A DNA stretch of 64,000 bases from Ignavibacteriota bacterium. GTDB lineage: Bacteria > Bacteroidota > Ignavibacteria > UBA10030. This document shows, piece by piece, positions 39,762 through 50,363 of this stretch (position 1 is the stretch's first letter; the number at the start of each line of letters is the position of its first letter). The stretch is taken from positions 480,001 to 544,000 of the forward strand of contig OY969585.1 of assembly GCA_963701295.1 (NCBI GenBank). Reading direction: 5' to 3'. Both the position numbers and the translations under genes were made by a program. Below the pieces are notes generated by a model, which ran no database searches, was not told where the DNA came from, and was given only the letters and a program-made list of their open reading frames with translations.

Positions 39762-42700
39762 TCACTGAATCATTTTCGCGGAGGACTTTGTTCGCTTTAT
39801 ATATTCAGGAACATGTTTTAGATCTACCTCTTGCCCATTGTGCCTTCTTTTAAAAAGTGCCGATGGTTTTTTAAAGAATGCTGGGATTTTTTCTTTCCAT
39901 TCATCTATTTTCATATAGACAACAGGTACAACAATTAATGTTAGGAACAATGAGCTTGTTAAACCACCGATGATTGCCCATGCTAGACCAGATTTAAATT
40001 CTGAACCAGAAGAAGTCGATAATGCAATTGGCATCATACCAAAAATCATCGTAAATGTCGTCATTAAAATTGGTCGCAATCGGGATTTAGCAGCTTCTAA
40101 TAAAGCGTCATGAACTGATAAGCCTTGTTCCGACCTGGTCTGAATGGTTCTATCAACAAGCAGAATTGCATTCTTGGTCACTAGTCCAACCAACATAATA
40201 ATACCGAGGATGGTAAAGATACTAAGCGATTTCCCAGTAACTGCCAGTGCAATCATTGCACCGATTATTGCCAGTGGAATTGCAAATAGAACAACGAAAG
40301 GATAGACATACGAATCGTACAAAGCGACCATAATCAGATAGACAAATAGAATGCCGGTTAACAAGGCAAGAAAAAGGTTGATGAAGCTGTCACCACGCAT
40401 CTTTTCCATGCCAAGGTACGAGAGGGTAATTCCGGTTGGAAGCTGCACGCCCGCAATTTTATTTTTAAAATCTTGCATAATCGTTCCTGTCGGCCTGCCT
40501 AATGTTTGAGCATACACATTCACCATGCTGATGCGATCTCTTCGTTCCAATTTTGTCGGTCCGGAAGACATAAATACATTGGCAAATTGTTTCAGTTCAA
40601 TCAATTGGCCGCGATTGTTCATAAAGGTAATACCGCCGATACTTTCAGTACGCGAACGATTGTATTCATCAAACTGAATGCGAATATCATATTCGTTTGT
40701 ACCATCACGGTACTTCGATTCATCGTCTCCGGTTAATGCCACACGCAGTGTCGTACCGACATCCGCAACAGATAAACCAAGCTGTGCCAACTTTGCGCGA
40801 TCAATCGAAATCTGCATCTCAGGTTTTCCAGATTCAGAAGAAAGGCGGACATCAGTTGTTCCTTCTATAGAACTTAAGACATTCTTGACTTGATCTGCAG
40901 CTTGCGCAATAAGTTTGTTATCGGTTCCGTTAACTCCTATTTGAATAGCAGATTGATCTGAAGAGCCAAATATACCGATTGGATTTACATACACTTTTGC
41001 TCCCGGAATCTGACGCACTTTTGCTTTGATTTCTTCACCCACTTGCAATGTGGTTTTTTTACGATTCTCTTTTGGGATAAGCGCCACATTAAACTGTACC
41101 AGGTTATTGCTTGACAAAGTAAGAGAGCCACTTTCCTGTGCTCCGACCCCTGTAAAGACCTTTTTTATTTCCGGCATTTGAGATAGTATCTTTTCTATCT
41201 GTAATCCCGCCTGGTTGGTCTGTTCCACAGAATATCCGGGCATAAATTCAACAGATACACCAAATTCACCACGATCCGTCTGAGGCATAAATTCATTACC
41301 TATAAGTCCAAAGGCGGGAATCAACAATGCTAAAATAAATATGCCGGTTGCTCCGAGAGCAACCTTTCCTTTGTTCACAAGAGACCATTTTAGCATTTTT
41401 TGATAGAAATCAGAGAACCTGTGATAAAACCTTTCAAATGCAAGCGCAAATCTTCCCAGCAACGTCCGGTCCGTCAATCGTTCTAATTTTGCAAAACGCG
41501 ATGCAAGCGTTGGTGTAACAGTAAATGATACAAAGAGGCTCATTAAGGTCGCGCCTACGACAACAAGTGCATATTGCCGCATAATTTGTCCCACAATGCC
41601 AGAAACTAATGACAACGGTAAGAACACCACCACATCTACCATAGTGATTGAAAGTGCTGCTAAACCGATTTCATTTCTTCCGCGTAACGCAGCAGTACGA
41701 GATTCTTCTCCTTTTTCTATGTGATGATAAATATTTTCTAAGACAACTATTGAATCGTCTACAAGAATACCAATCACGAGCGACAAACCGAGCAGTGTCA
41801 TTATATTCATGGAAAAATCAAATGCATACATGAATATGAAAGTCGCTATTAAGGAACAAGGAATCGCGACTAGTACAATAAGCGAATTCCGAATGCTGTG
41901 TAAAAAGAGCAGCATCACGATAGCTACCATCAGAACTGCCAGCATGAGGTCTTTTTTCACGGCATTCGCAGATTCCATCGTAAAAGTTGAGCTGTCTTGA
42001 GCAATATCAAAAACAATTCCCTGCTCTTTGTACTCCGCTTGAATTTTCTGCAATTCTTTCCGCACTAATTCACTAACACTCACAGCATTGGCGTCGGATT
42101 GCTTGACAACTTGAATTCCTACAGATGTTCGTCCATTCACACGGTTCATTTGTTCATACTCTTTGATTCCATCCTGGACTTCTGCAATATCCCGCAAACG
42201 TATATCACCGCCTTGGCGAGAATGTCCCACAACAAGATCCCTGAGATCTTCAATAGATTTGAACTTACCTGCGATACGCACTACAAATTGTGCATCCTCA
42301 TCTTTTATTTTCCCTGTTGGAAAATCCATATTGGCTGAACGTACCGTTTGAACAACCTGCATAATAGACATACCGTATGCGCGTACCTTATTCGCATCCA
42401 TGTTCACTTTGATCTCGCGTTCTTCACCGCCCGTGAGAGATACTTGAGCAACGCCGGCAATCTTGGATATTCTAGGTTGTACGCGATCCTTTAGGAATTG
42501 AAAGAATTCCCGGGAGTCCATTTGACTGGTAACTCCCATTTTTAGAACGGGAATTTCATCGAATGCGATCTTCGATACAGTAGGCGTTTTTGCGTCTGTC
42601 GGAAGATTGGCAAGAATCGCATTTACTTTGCGAGATGCATCTTGTACTGCAAAGTCGATGTTTGCATCCTGTTTAAATTCGATAATAACGAGAGACATAC

Positions 42701-42959
42701 TCTCATACGACCTGGAACTTACAGCATCAATTTTATCTATTCCGGACACGGCATCCTCAATAACTTTTGAAACATTGTTTTCTACCTCATATGGAGATGC
42801 ACCGGGGTAAATCGTTTGCACCACGACGACAGGAATGGACATTTTTGGAAGTAACTCATAATTCAACTGGAAGTAACTAAATAGTCCCAGCACGGCTATT
42901 ACCGTGAAAGCTACAACTACAAGTGTGGGACGTTTTATAGATAATTCTGTAATCGTCAT
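39762..42959 (-). CDS. RND efflux permease (AcrB family)
   Basis: SIKRP, GILVDDSIVVLENI, KNAILLVD, RLRPILMT. Confidence 0.96.
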   Translation of the reverse strand: MTITELSIKRPTLVVVAFTVIAVLGLFSYFQLNYELLPKMSIPVVVVQTIYPGASPYEVENNVSKVIEDAVSGIDKIDAVSSRSYESMSLVIIEFKQDANIDFAVQDASRKVNAILANLPTDAKTPTVSKIAFDEIPVLKMGVTSQMDSREFFQFLKDRVQPRISKIAGVAQVSLTGGEEREIKVNMDANKVRAYGMSIMQVVQTVRSANMDFPTGKIKDEDAQFVVRIAGKFKSIEDLRDLVVGHSRQGGDIRLRDIAEVQDGIKEYEQMNRVNGRTSVGIQVVKQSDANAVSVSELVRKELQKIQAEYKEQGIVFDIAQDSSTFTMESANAVKKDLMLAVLMVAIVMLLFLHSIRNSLIVLVAIPCSLIATFIFMYAFDFSMNIMTLLGLSLVIGILVDDSIVVLENIYHHIEKGEESRTAALRGRNEIGLAALSITMVDVVVFLPLSLVSGIVGQIMRQYALVVVGATLMSLFVSFTVTPTLASRFAKLERLTDRTLLGRFALAFERFYHRFSDFYQKMLKWSLVNKGKVALGATGIFILALLIPAFGLIGNEFMPQTDRGEFGVSVEFMPGYSVEQTNQAGLQIEKILSQMPEIKKVFTGVGAQESGSLTLSSNNLVQFNVALIPKENRKKTTLQVGEEIKAKVRQIPGAKVYVNPIGIFGSSDQSAIQIGVNGTDNKLIAQAADQVKNVLSSIEGTTDVRLSSESGKPEMQISIDRAKLAQLGLSVADVGTTLRVALTGDDESKYRDGTNEYDIRIQFDEYNRSRTESIGGITFMNNRGQLIELKQFANVFMSSGPTKLERRDRISMVNVYAQTLGRPTGTIMQDFKNKIAGVQLPTGITLSYLGMEKMRGDSFINLFLALLTGILFVYLIMVALYDSYVYPFVVLFAIPLAIIGAMIALAVTGKSLSIFTILGIIMLVGLVTKNAILLVDRTIQTRSEQGLSVHDALLEAAKSRLRPILMTTFTMIFGMMPIALSTSSGSEFKSGLAWAIIGGLTSSLFLTLIVVPVVYMKIDEWKEKIPAFFKKPSALFKRRHNGQEVDLKHVPEYIKRTKSSAKMIQ

Positions 42960-42981
42960 TGTTCTATTCCTTTATTTCACA

Positions 42982-44047
42982 TTACTTTCGGATAATCACT
43001 GGAGCATTATCGCTTAAATTATTCTGCCCGTTCATAACCACCAATTCACCTTCCTGCAAGCCATTCAAGATTTCGATGTTCGTACCAGCCTCTTTTCCCG
43101 TTACAACAGAACGAAGTTTCGCTCTATCATTCTCAACAATGTAAATTTTTGCATCCTTTACACTTCCGATAATAGATTCACGAGGTATCACAATCAGATT
43201 ACCGGAAGACTTTGGCATGAACATGACCCGTCCAAACATACCGGCTTTTAATTGCTGCTTGGAATTTTTAAGCACTACTTCCACCGGATATGTATGACCT
43301 TCATCCCCCTTCGAGGAAATACTAAAGATTGAACCTGTGAACACTGCATTGGGGAATACATCCGTTGTTACATCAACTTTTTCACCAACCTTTAAACGAA
43401 TAACATCTTTTTCCGCAACATTCACTTTTACTTTTAAGCGGGAAATATCGACCACATTAGCCATCGAGAGTCGCCTGCGGTGCACCCATCACCATCGAAC
43501 CGATATTCACATTGCGGGCAGTTACAATCCCAGAAATAGGAGTCGTAATCTTTGTATCGCTTAATTGACGCCGTGCGACAATGTACTGCGATTCGGCCGA
43601 TTGATAACTCCATCGTGCCTGCTCAATTTGAGAATCAGAAATAGATCCCTCTTTATAGAGTGCCTCATATCGTTCAAGATCCTTTTTTGCCTTTTCGTAC
43701 GTCACATCTGCTGCTTTATACGCGGCTTCCTTAAGTTCGCTGTCAACTTCGACAAGCACTGAACCTGCTGGTTTATAATCACCAACCTCAGCATCCACTT
43801 TTACCACACGTCCTGATGTTTCGGAAATCACCGCCACATCATTATACGCCACAATCGTGCCAACCTGCGAAAAGCTATCAGTCACATCTTTCCTTGTCGC
43901 TGCTATCACGGAGACAGAATAGGATGTTGCAATCGTCGTGGTTGCACTATTTTGCCCGTCACTTTTCGCTTTGTTACACGAATAGAAGCCAAATACGAGA
44001 GCAACTAGCACCAGTCCTAAAGTGATATATTTTATTGTTGTATTCAT
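42982..44047 (-). pseudogene. RND periplasmic adaptor, split by a +1 frameshift near 43465 (real or sequencing error)
   Basis: ITTPISGIV half and ANVVDISRLKV...LKAGMF half lie in adjacent frames. Confidence 0.85.
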
Positions 44048-44078
44048 TGTTCTTATCCTTTTAGTAATAATTTTATAA

Positions 44079-45426
44079 TTACTCACCTATTGCTTTGGAA
44101 AGCTGCGCGATGGCAAGTTCGTAATCGACTAATGATTGCGTTAAATTTAATTTTGCCTGAAGTAATGCTACTTCAGCATCTTGAAGTTCTGAATTTGTAG
44201 CAAGGCCCTGTTTGTATTTCCCATCCAGTGACCCTATAATTTTCTTCTGCCTGATTCACGCCTTGTTCCGAAACTACTTTTCGTTCTTTTGCTTTTTGAA
44301 TATTCAGATAGCTCTGCGTTACTTCTAATGTAATGCCGTCCTTCGTCATCGAAAGCCCTTCTTGCGCCTGCGCTAATTGTGCTTGCGCCTGCGTTGTTTG
44401 GTGCCCGGTTTGATTCCAATTCCAGAGATCAAAAGAAACGGCAACAGATACATCCCATGAATTTTGAAACTCATCAAGTACAGGAAAATAGCGTTGATTC
44501 GGACGATTGTAATAATAATTTCCAACTAAGTATATTTGCGGCCACCATCCACCGCGAGCTGATGTCAATCCTGCTTCGCCTGCCTTTACACGAGCATTCA
44601 TACCTAATACTTCCGGACGTTTTTCAAATGCAGTTTTAATTAATTGATCTGCTGGCGCCCAATCCCGGTCTGTAATATTTATAGTAGAAGCGAGTTCTAT
44701 TTCAGTTTGTAACGGAAGCCCCAGCGTATTGTTCAACATATACATTGCCAATTGCACAATATTTTTTGCATCTATTTGACGAACCATTGCATCAGAAAGC
44801 TGAACACGCACTTTCATAACATCGTTAGTCGTCAGGAGTCCTTGTTTGAACAAATTTTCTGCATCGACGGTATGCGACTTTATTTGATCGACATTCTCAT
44901 CGACAAATTTTTTAAATTCGATTGCACGATATAAATTCCAATATGATGCTTTGATATCATAAAGAACATCCGCTTCATCTTTTTTTAGATCTTCTTTTGT
45001 CGCCTCTGCCGTATATCCCGCTGCATTGATGGCTCCTGATATTTTTCCCCCGGTGAATAGCGGCTGTTGAAGTGTTCCTTTTAGTCCATAATTATTAAGA
45101 ATTGTAGGGGAAAGCACCATGCTCACATCGCTTGGCGGAAAACCCATACCAAAAGAGTTAGCTGGAAGCGTCACCGCCTCCGGCGGAACATTGCTTAATC
45201 GCGTATACGTTCCATTAAATTTCAAAGACGGCAGTCCAAGTGTATTAACCTCACTCGCTTTTGCATCTGCCGCATGTACTTTAAATTGCGATGTTCGGAG
45301 CGCCTTGCTGTTATCCATTCCAATTTGAACTGCCTGTTCAATCGTTAAAGACATTTTCTGCTGCGCGAGCAGAGGAAGCGCAAACAGACAAAGTGTTGTT
45401 ATTCCTTTTATGAATCGTAGTATCAT
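44079..45426 (-). pseudogene. TolC-family outer membrane protein with a +1 frameshift near 44226 (real or sequencing error)
   Basis: LQQPLFTGG; correcting the frame restores KYKQGLATNSELQDAE...LSKAIGE* ending at 44079. Confidence 0.85.
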
Positions 45427-45457
45427 TGTTTCCTCTTGTCTAATTATTGTCCAACCA

Positions 45458-46132
45458 TCATCCATGTGTTAAAGCCGCATATTCAGTACGCCCACGATTT
45501 GTGAGGATCGATTCAAACAATAATGTATTGGATATTTCTAGCGTATGTTCTAAATCGATATTAAACCGTTTTTTCCACATTTCACCTTCATTGTCTATCC
45601 GAAATAAAAGAGCTGTAGTATTGGACCAAAGAATTACACCGAGTTCAATAGGGTTGAAATTCGGACACAGCACACCTTCTTCCACACCGCGTTGCAAAAC
45701 GCTATTAATAACATTCCACACCTTTTGCCCATCTGCATCACAGCTCTGTTTCATTTCATCAGAAACTTGCTTGTAAAAATGTGGGGATTGTAAAAAATTA
45801 GTCATCCGAAAGAATTTTCTTTCTTTGTAAAAATAATCTACGTACGTTGCTTCAAGTTTTACCATCTTCTCAACCGTAGAGATATTGGACAATCCAATAC
45901 GTTCAAATTCTGCATGTAGTCCTTCCATCCCACGCATCATCACGCCAAGATACATATCTTCTTTGCTTTTATAGTAAAGGTATAATGTTCCCTTACTCAA
46001 CTCTGCTGCTTCAGCGATTTCATCCATAGTTGCTGTTGCAAGTCCTTTTTCAAAGAAGACCTTCTGAGCTGCATCTAAGATTTCCTCTTTTCTATGCTCT
46101 TTTTCTCGCTCTTTTCGCTCTATTATACCCAC
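45458..46132 (-). CDS. TetR/AcrR family regulator
   Basis: ILDAAQKVF..KG...TMDEIAEAAELSKGTLYLYYKSKE. Confidence 0.95.
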   Translation of the reverse strand: MGIIERKEREKEHRKEEILDAAQKVFFEKGLATATMDEIAEAAELSKGTLYLYYKSKEDMYLGVMMRGMEGLHAEFERIGLSNISTVEKMVKLEATYVDYFYKERKFFRMTNFLQSPHFYKQVSDEMKQSCDADGQKVWNVINSVLQRGVEEGVLCPNFNPIELGVILWSNTTALLFRIDNEGEMWKKRFNIDLEHTLEISNTLLFESILTNRGRTEYAALTHG

Positions 46133-46151
46133 TTTATCACCTTTTAATTAC

Positions 46152-46206
46152 TGACCCATAGTCATTCATTACGATACAGTATAATAAAAGTTTCATCTTA
46201 TGTCAA
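46152..46206 (-). promoter_or_regulatory. Sigma70 promoter plus putative TetR operator
   Basis: Minus-strand TTGACA (46206-46201), 17 bp, TATACT (46183-46178); TGAC-N5-GTCA dyad at 46152-46164. Confidence 0.75.
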
Positions 46207-46344
46207 CTATTTTCTATTAAGATTTTCTAATGAATCAGAAATAATATCTAGTTTTCAAATCAATAATCTTTTACTAAAATACCATAGGAAGATAGAAATG
46301 TTGCAAGAATTTCGGCGATTGGAGAGGAATTATCGGTCGATAAC

Positions 46345-46380
46345 TAAAAAAGACATGAGGTTTTGACCATGTCCTTTTAA
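46345..46380 (-). terminator. Putative terminator after nfnB
   Basis: AAAAAAGACATG...CATGTCCTTTT stem. Confidence 0.55.
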
Positions 46381-46399
46381 CATACAGAAAGATTGAGAT

Positions 46400-47830
46400 T
46401 TATTGCTTTTTCTTCTGAAGATACTGATGAATTTCATTCGCAGCTATCTTCCCATCGCGCATCGCAAGTATCACAGTTGCACCGCCGCGAGAAAGATCAC
46501 CACCCGCAAAAATTCCTTCCCTGCTTGTGCGTTGAACATCATCCGCAATAACAACACCTTTCCGCCCTGTTTTTAAACCAGGAGTTGTCGATTGAATGAT
46601 AGGATTGGGCGATTGTCCAACAGCTTCAATAACATTTTGCACTTCAACGACAAATTCCGGTTCGGTGGATGGAATGGGTTTACGGCGCCCGGATTCATCC
46701 TGTTCACCATGTTCCATTTTCTGGCACTCGATGCTACGTACGTTTCCGTTTTGATCGCCAAGAATACGAGTCGGATTCGTCAGCATCATAAATTCAATAC
46801 CCTCTTCCTCTGCATGATGAACTTCTTCCGCACGTGCAGGCATTTCCGTATGTGAGCGGCGATAGATTAAGTATGCATGTTCCGCTCCAAGACGTTTTGA
46901 TGTGCGTACTGCATCCATAGCTGTGTTACCGCCGCCGATCACTGCGACACTTTTCCCGACTTTAATCGGCGTATCATACTCAGGAAATTTGTATGCCTTC
47001 ATCAGATTGACGCGTGTGAGGAATTCATTCGCCGAGTAAACACCATTGAGATTCTCGCCAGGAATTCTCATAAACTGCGGCGTGCCAGCACCGGTTCCAA
47101 GAAAGATTGCATTGAAGCCCCACTCTACTAAAAACTCGTCGATGGTCGCGGTGCGCCCAACTAGAAAATTTGTTTCGATCTTAACACCTAGAGCTTTTAT
47201 GCGCTCTACTTCCAAATCAAGAACAGTCCGTGGAAGGCGAAACTCCGGAATACCGTATCTTAGCACTCCGCCAACTGCATGGAGCGCTTCAAAGATCGTC
47301 ACTTGATAGCCGAGCTTCGCTAGCTCAGCGGCGCATGTCAAACCAGCCGGACCCGAACCGACGATTGCGATTTTCTCAGAGCGATGCTCATTAATAACTG
47401 GCAGAGAAAATAATTTATGTTTCAATTCATAATCGGCAACGAATCGTTCAAGCTTGCCGATCGCTACGGGATCATGCTTTTTGCCAAGTGTGCAAACCTG
47501 TTCGCACTGCTCCTCTTGCGGACAAACGCGCCCGCAAATAGCCGGCAGATAATTCGACTCACGAATCTTGTTGACGGCGCCAACATAGTCTTTCTGATAG
47601 ACCAATTGAACAAAGGAACGAATATCGATATTGACCGGGCAGCCTTCCTGGCAAATAGGGTTCTGACATTCAAGACAACGGGCCGCTTCGAGCAAAGCTC
47701 TTTCTTCATCTACTCCGAAAGACACTTCGGTGAAATTGCGTTTTCGCTCATTGGGTTGCTGCTCGAGAGAAGATTGTCTCGGAATTTTCATCCTCTCGGA
47801 GGGTTTCATCTTATTCACATTCGTCTTCAT
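46400..47830 (-). CDS. nfnB: GltD-like Fe-S flavoprotein, NfnB/SudA large subunit
   Basis: EAARCLEC...C.EGCPV, CGRVCPQE..C, GSGPAG, GGGNTAMD; paired with an NfnA homolog and no gltB nearby. Confidence 0.85.
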   Translation of the reverse strand: MKTNVNKMKPSERMKIPRQSSLEQQPNERKRNFTEVSFGVDEERALLEAARCLECQNPICQEGCPVNIDIRSFVQLVYQKDYVGAVNKIRESNYLPAICGRVCPQEEQCEQVCTLGKKHDPVAIGKLERFVADYELKHKLFSLPVINEHRSEKIAIVGSGPAGLTCAAELAKLGYQVTIFEALHAVGGVLRYGIPEFRLPRTVLDLEVERIKALGVKIETNFLVGRTATIDEFLVEWGFNAIFLGTGAGTPQFMRIPGENLNGVYSANEFLTRVNLMKAYKFPEYDTPIKVGKSVAVIGGGNTAMDAVRTSKRLGAEHAYLIYRRSHTEMPARAEEVHHAEEEGIEFMMLTNPTRILGDQNGNVRSIECQKMEHGEQDESGRRKPIPSTEPEFVVEVQNVIEAVGQSPNPIIQSTTPGLKTGRKGVVIADDVQRTSREGIFAGGDLSRGGATVILAMRDGKIAANEIHQYLQKKKQ

Positions 47831-48681
47831 GCCATACCCTCCCGTTTGCAAACGTGAGGCTCTTCTGTAAATCGGTCAACTGATATTTTTTCCATATCAG
47901 TATAGTTTCGATTGCGCAAGAGCATTTCGTCGAAATCTACTTCATGCCCTTCAAACTCTGGACCATCAATACATGCAAATTTCATTTGTCCATTTATCGA
48001 CACACGGCATCCGCCGCACATACCTGTACCGTCCACCATCACGGCATTTAAGCTTACAACTGTTCGCACATTATATGGCATCGTAAGATTGGACACCGCC
48101 TTCATCATTGGCAATGGACCAATAGCGTAGACCAGGTTAATTCCAAGATTGGTATCGAGTAATTCCTTAAGTTGATCCGTTACAAATCCTTTACGTTTGT
48201 ATGAACCGTCATCTGTTGTGATATATAATGTATCAGAGACTTGTTGCATTTCTTTTTCGAGAATCACCAACTCCTTAGACCGTGCACCAACAATCGTGTA
48301 AATTGTATTCCCTGCTTCCTTTAATGCCTTTGTTATCGGATACAATTCAGCAGTGCCAACACCACCGCCTATACAGGCAATTGTTTTTCCCGTTTCGATT
48401 GGCGTAGGATTCCCCAATGGACCCATAAGATCCATAATGTACTCTCCGGCATTTTTCGCAGCGAGCGCTTTTGTTGTTTTTCCAATGGCTTGCACTATTA
48501 AAGTAACAGTGCCCTCTTTGAGATTGCTGTCAACCAATGTGAGCGGAATACGCTCACCGGTTTCTTCTACACGAATGATGACGAAATTTCCCGCTTTTCG
48601 TTTTCGCGCTACATATGGTGCCTCAATTATATATTTTGTAATGGTCGATGCAAGAATTTCTTTTTGAATAATCCGATACAC
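47827..48681 (-). CDS. nfnA: NfnA/SudB small subunit (FAD/NAD-binding, 2Fe-2S)
   Basis: ERIPLT, GPLG, GGGVG, MVDGTGMCGGCRV, CIDGPEF. Confidence 0.87.
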   Translation of the reverse strand: MYRIIQKEILASTITKYIIEAPYVARKRKAGNFVIIRVEETGERIPLTLVDSNLKEGTVTLIVQAIGKTTKALAAKNAGEYIMDLMGPLGNPTPIETGKTIACIGGGVGTAELYPITKALKEAGNTIYTIVGARSKELVILEKEMQQVSDTLYITTDDGSYKRKGFVTDQLKELLDTNLGINLVYAIGPLPMMKAVSNLTMPYNVRTVVSLNAVMVDGTGMCGGCRVSINGQMKFACIDGPEFEGHEVDFDEMLLRNRNYTDMEKISVDRFTEEPHVCKREGMA

Positions 48682-48956
48682 AACAACTCCTTCATTTTTT
48701 TTCACTGAACTAGAAAAGCACTATTATGTCTGCAACCTTTATGCCGCTTTTTACAAAACGTGAGCTGTCAAAATCTTTGTCAGTTAGCCTTCTTCAATAT
48801 AATTTATCGGGAGATCTTCTCAAATCCTATACACTGCTTCTAACAATTGAGAACGAGAGCATGAAAATAATCTTGCCTTTGCGTACACAATTCGATATCT
48901 TGATACAGCTACAATAAGCCTGTTATGCAAATAACGGGCTTTATTGTCTATTTCAT

Positions 48957-49031
48957 GGTGGCCATAGTTCAGTTGGTTAGAACGCCAGGTTGTGGCCCTG
49001 GAGGTCGTGGGTTCAAATCCCACTGGTCACC
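48957..49031 (+). tRNA. tRNA-His(GTG)
   Basis: G-1, GTGGCCA/TGGTCAC acceptor stem, CCAGG-TTGTGGC-CCTGG anticodon arm. Confidence 0.96.
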
Positions 49032-49141
49032 CTAAGTGCATTGAGTGATTTGCGGTTTGATGAGTATATGATTGCGTGTATAGGTGACTTTTCTTTTTCT
49101 TCCAATCATTAAATCGTCAATCAGAAAATCTACAATGACTC

Positions 49142-49214
49142 GCCCCTATCGTCTAGAGGCCTAGGACACGGGCTTTTCAAGCCTGGAACACGAGTTCGAA
49201 TCTCGTTGGGGGCA
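49142..49214 (+). tRNA. tRNA-Glu(TTC)
   Basis: GCCCCTA/TGGGGGC acceptor stem, CGGGC-TTTTCAA-GCCTG anticodon arm, GTTCGAATC. Confidence 0.95.
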
Positions 49215-49243
49215 CAAGGGTTTTAGCATTTTCCTCTCCTAAT

Positions 49244-49266
49244 TGCTAACACTTCTGCTAACACTT
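49244..49266 (+). repeat. Tandem 11-bp direct repeat, putative integrase arm-type sites
   Basis: TGCTAACACTT-C-TGCTAACACTT between tRNA-Glu and the integrase start. Confidence 0.7.
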
Positions 49267-49283
49267 TTCTGCAGGAGTGCACT

Positions 49284-50363
49284 ATGGCTTCCTTGATTAA
49301 ACGTTCTAACGGTATCTACTATTTCATTACTCAATTCAATGGTGTGCGTCGTTGGATTAGTACGGGTGAGAAAACTCGTGAGAAAGCTCTCAAGAGAATC
49401 CCTTCCCTCAGCTTCGAACACAGACACAAAAACAAAATTCCCAATCTTTCTGACTACATAGAGCAATTTCTCAGCATCGGATGCAATAGCTATCGAGAAG
49501 GAACGAAAGAAATTTATGAAAGAGCAATGTATTCCTTTCTCGATTGCGTGGGTAATAAAAAGCTCTCTCTCATTAGCATAAAAGATATTGATAAGTACAG
49601 ACAAGCAAAGCTTCAAATTATTCTCCCTACTACTATGAATATTTATCTTCGAACTCTCAAATCCGCATTTAATAAAGCAGTTCAATGGGAGCTCTTGCAG
49701 CATAATCCTTTTTCAAGACTACCACTCTGTCCTGTTCCTCAACGAGCTCCACAGTTCTTCACTCTCGATCATTTTAAAGCATTGACAAAAACGATCAAGG
49801 AACCATGGCTGTTGCAGGCCATCCATCTTGCAGTCTTTACCGGAATGCGAAGATCCGAGATAGTAAATTTGCAATGGAAGCATATTGATTTTTCAAGGGA
49901 GTTAATTATTGTCGAATCGGATGCAAATTTTCAAACAAAGACCGGAAAACGACGGCTTCTTCCGATGAACTCTATAGTATTTCAAATGCTACGGTCTATG
50001 TTTATCACAAGAACAGGAGAATATGTCATTATGTTGAATGGAAAGAAGTTGCGAGACATTTGGCTTTCAAGGAGATTTAAACAATACATCTGCAAAATGA
50101 ATATTGACATTTCCATGCATTTTCACATTCTTCGTCACACTTTCGGCAGTTGGCTAGCACAGGCCGGAGTGCCTATATACGAAATACAAGCACTTATGGG
50201 TCATTCAAACATAAGGGTTACAATGTCGTATAGCCACTTAATACCGAAACAATTGAGAGCGAGCGTTGAGATGCTTGTACCGTTTGATCAATTAATTCAT
50301 AACGGACAACCCTGCGAGGACATTGATCCTCGCAAGACTTCTTCGCAAGCCATCGTTTTCTAG
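49284..50363 (+). CDS. Tyrosine recombinase/integrase 1
   Basis: TGMRRSE, KTG, HILRH, MGHS, catalytic Y (MSYSH). Confidence 0.95.
   Translation: MASLIKRSNGIYYFITQFNGVRRWISTGEKTREKALKRIPSLSFEHRHKNKIPNLSDYIEQFLSIGCNSYREGTKEIYERAMYSFLDCVGNKKLSLISIKDIDKYRQAKLQIILPTTMNIYLRTLKSAFNKAVQWELLQHNPFSRLPLCPVPQRAPQFFTLDHFKALTKTIKEPWLLQAIHLAVFTGMRRSEIVNLQWKHIDFSRELIIVESDANFQTKTGKRRLLPMNSIVFQMLRSMFITRTGEYVIMLNGKKLRDIWLSRRFKQYICKMNIDISMHFHILRHTFGSWLAQAGVPIYEIQALMGHSNIRVTMSYSHLIPKQLRASVEMLVPFDQLIHNGQPCEDIDPRKTSSQAIVF

Noticed and set aside
48820-49023. 67-aa ORF MGFEPTTS…
   Set aside because: Typical antisense translation of a tRNA (His)
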